This document shows, one piece after another, positions 38,193-50,449 of a DNA stretch of 64,000 nucleotides. The translations under genes were made by a program, and so were the position numbers. Source of the DNA: Podarcis gaigeae (lineage: Eukaryota). The stretch lies in assembly GCA_964106915.2 (NCBI GenBank), contig OZ066916.1; one strand, given 5' to 3'. Numbering within the stretch: the first letter of the stretch is position 1; the number at the start of each line of letters is the position of its first letter. The notes below the pieces were generated by a model that made no database searches, was not told the origin of the DNA, and was given only the letters and a program-made list of their open reading frames with translations.

Positions 38193-38328
38193 CAGCAGCC
38201 ATGGCGAACCTCTGGCCTCTAGATGTTGCTTGACTACAACTCCCATCACCCCTATCTACCATGTTGGCTGGTTTAAATGGAGTTGGAGTCCAGCCACAGC
38301 TGGAGGGCCACAGGTTTCTCCAACTCTG
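38193..38328. mobile_element. Degraded hAT MITE related to the 34332 and 45527 copies
   Basis: Shared gactacaactcccatc and ggagttggagtcc...ctggagggcca segments; further relics near 55395-55515 and 62075-62150. Confidence 0.6.
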
Positions 38329-39257
38329 ACATACAGAATGGCTGCAGTGATTCCCTTAGGTCAAAAGGCCCACCTAGTCCAGGATTTTGTTTCCAATAAT
38401 GGCCAGTCGGGTACTTCCAAGAAGTTCAAAAGCATAGCATGGAAGCACCAGCCCTTCTCTGTGGAATCCTGATAATTCATTTTTTGTTGTTTTTAATTAG
38501 AGCAATATCCGAGATCTGTTGAAATTAACCAACCCACCTTAGTCGTGTTCATTGCTCTCAGTGTGTCTGCTCTGAGTAAAGCTAAGTTTAACACTGGGCA
38601 ATGTAAATTTCAGCTGAATGTGTTCTGCAATAAGGGGATATCAGTTCTTTAAACAGTGCAGCACTCTAAAGCCCTCTTCATGACACTTGTTTCCTGTTCT
38701 GCTTTTAGGAAGGAGTTCCCTAGATTAACTGGAAATGTTAACAATGGTCAAAGCCTTATATGTGTGGGGAACCTGGACTAGTCATTTCTATCGGTAGTAA
38801 TAGAGGATTTTCTCAAGGCACCAGGTGTGCTAAGGTGGTTATCTGTATCTAGTTAGGGTTTTCTTTTTTCTTTTTCCCGGAATCTTGTGATGATCTGTAA
38901 TGAGAGAACTAAGACAACAGGGACTGGGTGGGGTGAGGAGAGAGAAAAATGAGGTGGCTCTTTGGATAAGCTGAAAGCTAGCATTTCTTCTAATGGTTGC
39001 AAACTATGTATGAAGCTTAAGCGTTTTAGATTCACAGTTACCCATGTCTTTGCTACCATCTGTCAGGTTGTGAATTTCATTTTCTTTATGAATCATTCTT
39101 TGCTTACATAAGAACGCTATTAAAGTAAACCCCCACATGGCCACTTGACAATAAAAGGTATGGAGGGGTTTTTTTGAACTTTAATTTTACACAGCTTTGA
39201 GTAAAAGTCTAACTTTTACTACAAACTTAAGCATTTTGTCTTGATGTCATATATATA

Positions 39258-39505
39258 CAGTGGTACCTTGGGTTAAGAACTTAATTTGTTCTGGAGGTTC
39301 GTTCTTAACCTGAAACTGTTCTTAACCTGAAGCACTACTTTAGCTAATGGGGCCTCCTGCCACCGCCGCTGCCGCGCCGCCGCTGCACGATTTCTGTTCT
39401 CATCCTGAAGCAAAGTTCTTAACCCAAGGTAATATTTCTAGGTTAGCAGAGTCTGTAACCTGAAGCGTATGTAACCTGAAGTGTATGTAACCCGAGGTAC
39501 CACTG
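39258..39505. mobile_element. Tigger/pogo-like MITE
   Basis: TA TSD on both sides; TIRs CAGTGGTACCTTGGGTTA / CAGTGGTACCTCGGGTTA. Confidence 0.88.
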
Positions 39506-39511
39506 TATGTA

Positions 39512-39543
<32 letters not shown>

Positions 39544-42500
39544 GTGGGGGGAGAGGCTGACTGGGATTGCAAATCAAATCTTACTCATCTCTTCCTAATT
39601 ATATACAAAGATGTACTGAGCATGCACTACAATTCTCATCCCTCATGTCATGACACTCATGGAGGAATCATGGAAGGGATGGTCAGATCCTGAGGAGGAA
39701 TGGAAACAGCCTGGGCAACTGAAGGATCCTGGGGAGGGCTCTAGCAGGATGGGGGAGGTGGATCAGGATGCCAATAAGTTCCTGAGCCAGAATGGATTTT
39801 GCGGGGGTAGATCTGGATTCAGAGAAGACTGAGCAGGTTGTCAGAGGAATGTCCCCCTTCTGGCACCTCCTCCTGTCTGTGAGGAGCCTGCTATTCTGGG
39901 GAAATGACTGAGAGTAAGCTTGATGCTCAGCCAGCTCTGGCTCCACCCCAGTCAACACAGAGATGCCAGCACCAGTGTGAACAAACTTCACAGAGGCAAC
40001 CCACTTGAAGGAGTGCCCATTTACTTGTGACTCCGGCCACTTGCCATGCAAATAGCTGTGTCCACCCTGCTCTTCAATAGGAAGGTGCAGGGATCAACGT
40101 CTTATATTTTGAGGCCTAGTTTCCAACAATGAGGTGACAAATCTGTGATAGGCACCTTTATATTTTTAGACAGAAATTTACAAAATTTGCAGGCCATTGT
40201 AGTTTCCTAAGAAGATTAAGCCTTGCTAAAATTTGGACACTGTGTGTATTGTGAAAGGGGGGGTGTCTTTAAAACTTGGGGGTTAATAAGGGATTAATGT
40301 TCCCCACCCCATTTTTTGAGAATTTGTATGAAGAGGCATATATCACAGAGCTATCTCTAGGTAAGAAACCTTCAAAATTCCAAGAGGATAGACTCAGGAA
40401 TTGGAGAGCTATGATTCTGTTTTCATTTACCCATTGAGATTACTTGGGCAAACACTATCATTGAGATTTCTCCCACATTAATCAGCTAAGTGATTAATCA
40501 GCTGATTGGTCACAAGTATTTGTTTCAACTTGATTCTGAAGCATACAGTGTTTACTGTTAAATACTCCTAATAGCTTATTTTAATAAAAAGTGCTGAGCA
40601 AGTAATTAATGTAATAAGCTGATAATTAACAATGCATAGTGTTTTCAACAAGTGATTTGTGAAAGCTGGAAATATGCTTATTCTGTTCTGTTGAAAACAG
40701 AATAGCATTATTTTTATCTTCTGGGCTGACCATTAACCTTGGGATTGTTGTTTGCAAAGGGAGAATTGTTTGTAGTTCATTCAACAGCTGTTTTCATTCT
40801 TCAGGATGCAATATAGTATTTCATTTGCCGCTCCCTTCAGCATTTTTCCAGTCATTACTAAATACCAGGACCACCAAGGTTTTGTACCTTCTTGAGGTTT
40901 GGCTCCATTCCTGAACTGCTTAAACAGAAGCCTTTCGGCAGCTTGCCTGATCAAAACATGTAGAAGAATATGAGAAACTTCTGATGTAAATAAATCTGAC
41001 CCCATTCATGAAAACACCAGTACATGTGATTATATTTTTCTCCCTAAGCCTTTCCTCTTTCCTTCAAAATATGAAGTATCTTGAGAGAGTATTTTGAGAT
41101 TTTCCCTGTATTTTAATTTGGGAGCAAAAGCGGGTACTGCAAGCATCCTTTTGTCAGCTGTTGCTTTATATCATTTTTACTATAGCTTTTGTTACACAGT
41201 GTTGTTGTTTTGGTGGCTTTTTTATGACATGACCTCTCTCTACAAGAGTAAGTTCATGTTCTGAACGTTCTGGAAAGACTGATAAAGATAATTAGGTTCA
41301 AGAACATTCAAGCTGTATTTTCCTTGAGAACATATTTAAACCTCTTTTGTTGTCCACCGGCATTACACTTTCCATTCCTAAGTTGGGAATAGAGTAGTTG
41401 CTTTAGAAGACGATAATTAGGCATCTAAACAACATGACCAGTCCAATGAAGTTGATGTTGAGGAATCATTGCTTCGCTATATTAGATACCGTGTAGAACT
41501 GATGTTTGTATTCAGTTTCAAACTGATTGTGGAAGAGCAGTGACTCAGCATAACTCAATATCTTATTTTGCTATGGACCATTCACATTTCTACTCCTTCT
41601 CATATTAACAGCTTTCCCCCACAAGGTATTCCATCCTTGTTGAACAAATATATTGCCTGAGTTAAACACATATCCCATTAGACAGTCTGTGCTCTGAAAC
41701 TCTCACAGGCATGACCTAGAAAACTGAACAAATTGCCTATACAGCTTTTCTACTTTGTGAGAGGTTGGGTACATCTAATTTTCGCTGTGCCATCTGCTTT
41801 TATTTTTAGTTCTCCATCCCCTCCCCTCTATTACTGTCAGAAGACTAGAAGGTAAAGCACACCTCCTTTTTCTGGCTTGGAAGAGTCTTTCCCACCTACC
41901 CATGCTCTTGACATTTGATAACACTTGATTTTTCCCTCCTGATGAGCAATAAGTCACTTGTTCAGAATAGAGCTATGAATGGTAGGAAGCATTCCTAGCA
42001 CCAAGATATTTAAGAGCAAGTTCTCTATTCCTCCTTACTCCTCACTGTAATTTCCCCTTTATTTGCAGAGAGAAGGATGAGATGGCAAGAGAAGTGCTGA
42101 TTAGAATGTAATTAAGGCTTCATTAATCAAGTGGGCTAAGAGGCAACATGTGAAGGCTGCATCTGCTCTCTTTTCTTACATGGTAGAAAGACTTCCTTCA
42201 TGAAAGAGAGGGTTTGGGGTTTTTTTGAAGGCCCCCCCCCCATCGTTTTCCTAGCCTTCAATATGTTAGCACCAAAAACCTCTGCAGCACATGCATGGTC
42301 TTTGCATCTGATAATTTTGATTATGCCCTATTGTCAGCTTTTATTCTGTGGCCTCTACCAATCTGAAAGTGCAAATACTTGCATTCCCTTATGGTTGACA
42401 AATATTTGGTTCCTTCTGTGACTATCACATCTGTGCACAGTCTGTTTGCCTTTAATTGAATAACCAACTGTAAGGGAATGATTTGGGAAACCGTGGTGTA

Positions 42501-42926
42501 CTCTTTGAAATCTGGTGGCTACATGATCATTTCTTTTGAATGATGGTGAGTCATAGATCTGCCTGCCTGTATAACACAACGTTATGTAAGTCATGTAATT
42601 AAGGAGCCACTGGTCACAGAAGACTGAATACAGTCAAGCACTCACTGAAGTTGCCTGCCATTGTGGGTGCTCCATGGCTTCTGAGTGCCTCTGGGCAAAA
42701 TACTTGGAGTGGTATTCAATTTGCCATTTGCTCTGATTGAGCGCTAAAAAGCAGTTTTCCATGGGGCAAAGCAATGGGACAAGAAGAAGTATGGATAAGC
42801 TCTAAGTTTGGCTCAGAGGAAACCCACTGATATTAGCTTGGTCATGTTCATTTATCTCAATGGGTATACTCTAAATAAAACTGAGTTGGATTCCACCCTT
42901 GGTTTTGTTGCAGTAAATTCATACTA

Positions 42927-43122
42927 CCGTATTGGCCTGAATATAAGCCACACTCTCCCCCCACCCCCCATTCCAACGTTTCATGAAGTGCGGTTTCAAT
43001 TCACAACCTTACAAAAATTGGCTTTTACGATATCGCTGTAGCATTTTCTTCTATGTTTGCCATTTTGGGGGGTGAGTGCCTGTGGAATTTTAAAGGTGTG
43101 GCTTATATTCGGGCCAATACAG
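42927..43122. mobile_element. Tc1/mariner MITE
   Basis: TA TSD; 27-bp TIRs CCGTATTGGCCTGAATATAAGCCACAC / CTGTATTGGCCCGAATATAAGCCACAC. Confidence 0.85.
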
Positions 43123-44949
43123 TACTTGCCACAATTTCAGAAATGCTGTCTGCTGGCATACCACTACCACCACTGGCTGAAACCCACAGTTTTCCTTTGA
43201 TTTTTGACATAATTATAAGGCTACAGCTAATAACTGTACTAGTTAGGCCTTTGAACTATGAATTTGCTTTTAACCTATTCAGTAGTATAGATTTGTCACT
43301 AATGTTTTTACTGTTGTCGCAGTTTTTATATGCTGTACACCCTCATATTGTATTTTTATGGAAGTGTGGTTTAGAAGTAGCTATAATAAAGTAATAATAA
43401 TAGCATTTTAAAATTGGATTTAGAGGGCAGATTATCCTTACCCTTTTGGATCTATATGTACAAATGCACCCCACTAAAATATGGATAGATTAACCTCTTT
43501 TTTTTCAATCTCTGGAGATCAGATGAGGATCCCACTGACACTGACAGAACCATCCTTAATAACTCCTAGGAATGTTGGATAAATAGCCACAGCTTTACCA
43601 TTTCCTTGCTTTCCAATTTTCTTGAGGGTCTCCTTGCATTGATGTCCCCTTACTTGACTCCCTGAGTATTAGTGGGGCAGTTTCTTTGGATTTGGCTTGC
43701 TCTAGACCAGTAAGGCTGCCACTGGTGGTAGCAGCAGCAGTAGCTGGCTTAGCATTTGGCTTCTTGTGGCTTGGCCAGCCACTTCCCAGCCATGCTGTGA
43801 TTGGGAAAGCAGCGCCAATGGCAGATGGCTGGTGGGGCACTATGCCAGCCCATCCCTGTTGAAAGATGAGTCAGCTGCCTGCCTAGTGCAACTGATTTTA
43901 ACATGATGAATGGCATCAACTCAGTTCCCAAAACCCCCAAATGCTGTACCTTGGAATATGGCGGAGGGAACTATTGATTGGGGGGGGGAATGCATAATAA
44001 CCAGAAACAAATAATGCATTATTTTAAACTTTTGTGTTGTATGCTCCAGAGTGTGATTTTTGTTGAGTGAAATTAGTAACAGATTCCAGTTCAGGGCGGG
44101 GGTAGACTTAGCACATGGGCTCTCAAAGAGAAAACATGGAATTGATTGTCAAACCCTAGTATTGGTCTCATGGCCCGAGGTGGAAATACTTGGCGGAAAT
44201 AGTGAAAGAGTCGTGAAGAGTCAGAAAAGAATATTGAACTGGGCTCCCCATCCTTGGTTTGTCATTTTCAACTTTTAAAGATTTTAGGCTTTTCCTGATA
44301 AGAATATATGCAGTGGCAAATAAGTTGTGTACAGGACAGATGTATTTATCCCATGTTTGCAAAAGGAGTTGCAAATTTGGATGCTCTTATTGGGAGATTT
44401 GAACCTTCCTTTTCTTTTGGTTAAAATTGCCTGCAGGTTGCCTGATGTTGGTCAAGGACAGCTCTATCATCCCTCCATTGCCAGTTTTCCAAATTGTTTC
44501 TCTAGAAAAAACTGCATTAAGAAGGAAGCCAGGGTGGTTCCCTTCCCTGCCCACTTTGCTCCACTAATGTATTTATGAACCACGTCATGTTGCAGAACGT
44601 TGTGTTCATCCAAGAGAATCACTTGATACATGGAGTCATTTTTATTGGTTGTTTCCTTCGGCCAGCACAAACTGTGCTACACTGTAGACAGATGATGCTA
44701 CATTAGGAATTTGGGGAGGAAGAGCTTAATTTTAGCCGATCAAATACGTGCATTACTTCAGAGAGGCTGTTTTAGCTGAACTGCCTTTTAAAAGAGGCGG
44801 GGGGGGGGGAGGAGCAGTAGAAGTAGCAAAGTAGTCCTCCTCCTTCCCCTCTCCCTGGTACAGAGAGCTTTTATGAATGAAGCAAGAAATAATTTTCTAC
44901 TGCTGATAATTGAACCCTCTGAATTTTTTTGCTTTTCACTTGCATGCAG

Positions 44950-45053
44950 ATTTCAGCAATGTGCCTGATGTTACTGCAAGTCTGAAAAGAAGCAGTACGA
45001 ATGGCATTCTGGACCAGGTTCCCCAAAAGGAGAAACTTGAGTTATCTTTCCAG
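44950..45053 (+). CDS. TIAM2: TIAM2 coding exon 13 (PDZ-DH linker)
   Basis: atgcag|ATTTC to CAG|gtaaga; (D)FSNVPDVTASLKRSSTNGILDQVPQKEKLELSFQ; phase 1 to 0. Confidence 0.94.
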
Positions 45054-45526
45054 GTAAGAGCACGTCTTAAAAACCTAGAGCACAGTAATCAGCAAACAGT
45101 AGTAGGAGACTTGCTGACAGCTCTTATACATGATATAATTTAGCATAAAATTCTGTACTCAATAGCCTTACCTTAATCTGTAGTACATTTTGGAGTATGA
45201 CTGCAATATCTGTAGGAAAACAGCCATTTTTGAGGAGGCAAAATGCATTTTCATGTGTCATGATAAAGATGAACGAAGTCTGTCAATGATGGTTATGCTT
45301 GGTAATAAATTGTCAGGTACCACAGCCTACAAGCTGTGTATTGTTGTGGGCAAAGTACTGGACTTACTGCTGGGACGCCTGGTTTCAAACTTCCTGCATG
45401 TTGAATGCAAGTGATTTCATTTCACTCTTCATTTGCTTATTGCCTTTATATGTAACTATGATCAAATGTAACACAAACAGGAATCTTGCCAGAGTGAATG
45501 AGATAAGAACTGTCTATCCTCTAGAT

Positions 45527-45662
45527 CAGGCATGGTCAAACTTAGCCCTCCAGATGTTTTAGGACTACAACTCCCACCATCCCTAGCTAACAGGACCAGT
45601 GGTCAGAGATGATGGGGATTGTAGTCCCAAAACATCTGGAGGGCCACGTTTGCCCATGCCTG
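45527..45662. mobile_element. hAT MITE (near-palindromic)
   Basis: Perfect 8-bp TSD CTCTAGAT; TIRs CAGGCATGGTCAAAC / CAGGCATGGGCAAAC. Confidence 0.9.
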
Positions 45663-47197
45663 CTCTAGATGTTGTATTTTTACTCCTTCAACTGCTCTTG
45701 AACTTTGGCTTCTCATTTTTAGGATTAAGAGGATCATAGTTATTTAGACCATGACTTGAATGGCTGTTCATTTTTGTATACCTCAGTCATGTGCCCAGAC
45801 AAGTGAATTGGCATGGGTTTACCCCAGGTTTGGTTTGGTTTGGTTTGGGACTGGTCAGCTAGATCAGCACTGCAGTGCACAGGTTTGTGAGAAGTGTGTA
45901 GGTAGGGCTAGGAAAGAAACTATTTTGGAAGTGTGGAGCGTTTGAGGGGCCAAAAGGTATGTTCTGACCAGTATGTGCTGGTTTATATGGGCAACTCGTT
46001 TCTCTTCTAAAGCACATTTAAAAGTAGTTTCTCAATGCGAGCCAGGTGATGCCCTATCCACACAACGAGGCAAGTAGTCTCAAGTTGGGCATCAGCAACA
46101 TCTGGAGGGCTACAGGTTTCCAAGCCCCGCCCTACCCAGTGAGTGAATTTAGAATTAAGTGTCATTGAAATTACAGTCAGCCCCTCATCCACATTTGGGC
46201 CATGCTAGCTGCTAATGGAAGCTCATGGAGGAGAAGTGAAGAGCATCAGGTAGTACCTGTATCTCCTTCAAGGACTTCTGAAAGCTCAAGGCTGAACACG
46301 CACACGCACGTCTGCCTGACATCTTGTGTATTTTCTGAAGGAAGCAGTTGCATTTCTGCGTGTACACACACACACACGTGTATAACTTGTTCCCCAACCC
46401 ATCTGTGCTCCTTGCCTTCTTTCTTTGTCTCCTCAACTTCTTTAATCACTGGCCTCACCTGACAGCTGATCCATGGCATTTTGAAACTGCCTGGACTTCT
46501 ACAGCCATACCTGTACCTTACCCGCAAACTCCTGCTTGGTCCCTGATGACAGCTAGTGGTTTTCCAGTGCCTACAGATAGGGTCAGCAGTGAGCACCAAG
46601 AGCTGTGGCAACCCCACATCACCCAATGCCGTCTCAGAGAAGCAGGGGTTGATGTCTCCCACAGGCTGTTTGCCAAATGGCAGGTCAGTAGCCAGCAGTA
46701 AGGTCTGTCCTGGGCCCCCCTTGAGGGCAGAAGCAATAAGCAGCTGCTTGATTGTGCCCAGCCCTGCATGCCAGCCATGGTTGGCTCTACCCTTTGTCCT
46801 TCATCCTCTTTCATCCAGCCCCATTCTCGCCATGCCACCCCTGATTTCAAACAGGGCTGCAGGCAATAACTGCATCCAAAAAAATCACCTTCAAAACTGC
46901 ATCACTACCTATCTCTCTTCTTGTCCATCACAAAAATGATTGGAGTGGAGTGCTACTTTCCACACTCATAAGAAATGGAACTACTTGAGCTTGAGGGAAG
47001 CTCAGTTTTCAGGCAGTTGTAGATATGTATGCATGTATTTTATTTTTGTTGATTCTGTGCCATGAGGTAGCCAAAGTGACTTAAAGCAAGAAACGATACT
47101 AACAACTTACCAGAAAGTAATAACACAAAACATTTTTTTAAAAGCTAGCAAACAATAGAAAAAACCCCTTCAAGCCAGCAATCAACATACCATATAC

Positions 47198-47407
47198 CAG
47201 TGGTGTCCAAACTTTTTTCAAAGAGGGCCAGATTTGATGAAGTAAAGGGCCGTGAGGGCCAACCAAAGGGCCAACCAAAGTTGTTGACCTTTTTTGTGGT
47301 TGAGGGTTTTTTAGGATTTCCCCCCAGGAAATAAACTACCACAGGGGCTGGAGTAAACCGACCGGCGGGCCGGATTAGGCCCCCGAAACGGACTTTGGAC
47401 ATGCCTG
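47198..47407. mobile_element. hAT MITE
   Basis: Perfect 8-bp TSD CCATATAC; imperfect TIRs CAGTGGTGTCCAAA / CAGGCATGTCCAAA. Confidence 0.85.
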
Positions 47408-50400
47408 CCATATACTTTTTAAGAAGGGCTTGGGGTTAAAAAAAAAAGTACTTTCATCTGCAAACGGAAAGCAGTTTGGGAGTTAAGCAGATCTCTTTGA
47501 CATTAAATTCCTGAGAGTGGGTGTCGATCTCTTGTTGATCTTAATATGGGCAGAAGATGAAACGTATCTACAAAATCTCACTCCCTGATTTCAAAGGACA
47601 GGAAGTGCTATAAGAGAGAAGATGCTTCTTGAAAGAGCATGTAGGACATGTAGGATGACCCTTGAGACACCAAAATGTCCAAGGGGAAAGCTACTCACAC
47701 ACATGCACTAGCAGTCAAGGAAGCTGCAGAAAGAGGTATAACTACTTAGCATAATAGTAGAACAAATACGGGAACAGACAACAACAAATCAAAGCAGTCA
47801 GGTCTTACTTGGATGCTGCTTGATTACATAAATCAGTTGTTTGTTTTTCTTGGATGTTTTTGATGTTTTTGTTATTGAATTTTTAGCAACTGTTAAACTG
47901 CAGAAAAACAAGGAGGAATAGCTGGCTATAGCTCTACTTCTGTTTCCTTTGTACTTCATTACTTGACAGTACCCTAAAGTGTTCTGTTAAGACAAAACCC
48001 AACAGAATAATTTTTCCAAAGCCCAGGTGCAAAGGGCCACATGTGCATGTTTTAGGTACCCCAACCTAGTTTTACTTTTTCCTGAATTTTGGTAGGTCTT
48101 GGAGCCTACTATGACAACCAATTCGGCATCTGGAATCCATGGGGAAGAATTACCCTCTGCTGATTTGCAACTGTTCTAGGCTGTGACAAACTTTTCATGT
48201 GGATTTTCTTCTGTGTGTCACATCCATCTTTTCAGTACAGCAAAGCAAACCCTCATTTTAAGGTGGGTTACAATGCCATGCTAAAAATCAAATTGTGTGG
48301 CTCGCAATGCTACATTCAGTTAGTTTGTGCATACTGAAGTAGTCAGAAATCAATATGAGCTAGCCAAGTTGCCACAGGAGCCACATGACGATTAGGTTGT
48401 GGAAACAGGCTTTCAAAGCACTAGTTCAAGTTGTGGCTATATATTACATGCAAATGAAACACCATTAACCAATTTTGTAAATGCCTATTTCTGTGATAGA
48501 ATTTTTACTTTGTGACTCGCACTATAATGAGAGGTTAAATTGGCTGTGAAACCATAGTCCTTATTCACACTGTGAGATTGCAGCTTTACAGCACAGTAAG
48601 GGGATTTTTGCATATAATCTTTGATTAAAAGGTTCTGGACTTGGAAGGAAGGAAAGAGCTATTTTTTATGATGACCAGCTGAATGTGTGCTTTCATAATA
48701 CAAAATCACATTAGTATTACCAAGGGAGATCTAGTGTTTGAAAGGTGATCAAGGAAGAATACAAGGAATAAACAGAGAAATATATTAAACGAGGAGAGAA
48801 AAAAGCACTTAAAATCTAGTAGGATGTACTATGCCTTTTGTGTCAAGTCTTTGTATTTTAGTCTTCTGGGCTTTTAGCCAAATTAATTAAGGGCAAAAAA
48901 TCTTCCCAGGCGTCAGTGTGGTCCTGTAGATTGCTTACAAGAAGTCTATTGGCTGGGCACACTTTACACAGGGCATAGTTAAACTGTGGAATTCAATCCC
49001 ACCAGAAATAGTGATTGCCTCCAACTTGGATGGCTTTAGAAGAGTTTTAGCCTTATGCTCCATGAAAATGGTCTTTCAATAGCTACCAGCCACAGTGACT
49101 AGGTTCTACTTCTAATATTGGACACAGTTTGCCCTTGAATGCATTGTCATTGTCAGTATTTCTCCAGCCCAGACGGTATATCTAGAAGGATACCAAGGTC
49201 AATGGTTTTAAAAGCTGCCAAAAAGACCAAAGATAATTTCATAGAGTAACCAAAGCAGTTTTTGTTCCCAAACCAGACTGAAATGCATCTAGAAAATAAG
49301 TATTGTCTAAGAGTGCCTGGAGCTGGCCAGTAATCACCTGCTCAAATACCTTGCCCAGAAAGCGAATGTTTGCAACTGGCCTGCAGAAGTCAACATCTTC
49401 TGGGTCCAGGCAATGTTTATTTTGAAGGGTAGTCTAATGATTGCCTCTTTTAAAGAGGCTGGGACTGCACTCTTTCTTGCATTGAGACATATACAAGCTT
49501 CTGGACTTACATAGTAGGACACTCCCTGCCTATTTGCTGTGATAAGTCCGGACACACACTAATGTGTCCAGCACATTAGTCTTGCATCTTTCATGAAGTT
49601 GTATCATGCTCTGGTTTCAGACTAATTTCCACAAACGTTTCTGTGAGAATCCCCACTCTGTAGTTTCAGACCCCAATTTTAGCCATCTAGTTCTACAGTG
49701 TTGTTCAATCCAAAGGGAAGTCACAATCCATTCTTTGCCCTTGGCCCTATCTCCTTGCTCAAAATAAATAAAGTGGAGATAGCTCCATTGTCTCTGTTCC
49801 CTTGCATTTGTTAGTTCTTCTTTTTAAAAACAAACAAACAAAAAGAAACTCCAATCAATACGTAATTTGATGACTAAAGGAAAATAACTGCTTATCAAAA
49901 GAATTTCTGCTTCCTTTGTCCTCTGTTCTGGAAGCCTGGCAATAACAGCAAATTTAGTGGAATGGCTACACATAGACACAATTTATTTATAGTGCTTTTC
50001 AGTGCAAACCGTAAGTTGTCCTTTACATTCCTTTGCATATGTTACTTTAACAATTAATTGGAAAGGTACAGGGAAGTGTTTCTTTATAATTGTGTTTGTG
50101 TGTGGGTGTGCATGCATGCATGTTGACACGTTTGGGACTATTGTTCATATGCTCTAACACTATTGTTAGAGCATTTAGTCCTAGATAATGTTGCTGATGT
50201 TTTGAGCAGTTAAGTAAGGATGTTCTAGATTTAAGATGCAGTAGGGAAAAAATGGTTTGAGCTTTAACACTACCAGACTTGAACCACCAACTGTAGCAGT
50301 GTCTTTGACAGCCCTACAATTTCTGCAAATGGCTTATAATTGAATGCCGTTTTTTTGGTTGGAGGGTGCCTATTACTGTCAGAGCAATTTGTATGACCCT

Positions 50401-50423
50401 GTCTGTCTCCAACAGATGTGTTG

Positions 50424-50449
50424 GTGTGTGTGTGTGTGTGTGTGTGTGT
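50424..50449. repeat. (GT)n microsatellite
   Basis: Read directly. Confidence 0.9.

Noticed and set aside
39646-40060. GC/purine-rich block as a possible degraded LTR
   Set aside because: No convincing termini or TSD found; left unassigned.
46202-46939. Cluster of overlapping 75-138 aa ORFs on both strands
   Set aside because: No recognisable domains, low complexity, locally higher GC; consistent with chance ORFs in degraded repeat sequence.
50149-50174. 11-bp perfect hairpin; also a 15-bp tandem duplication near 60013-60042
   Set aside because: Short local duplications or inversions with no supporting context.
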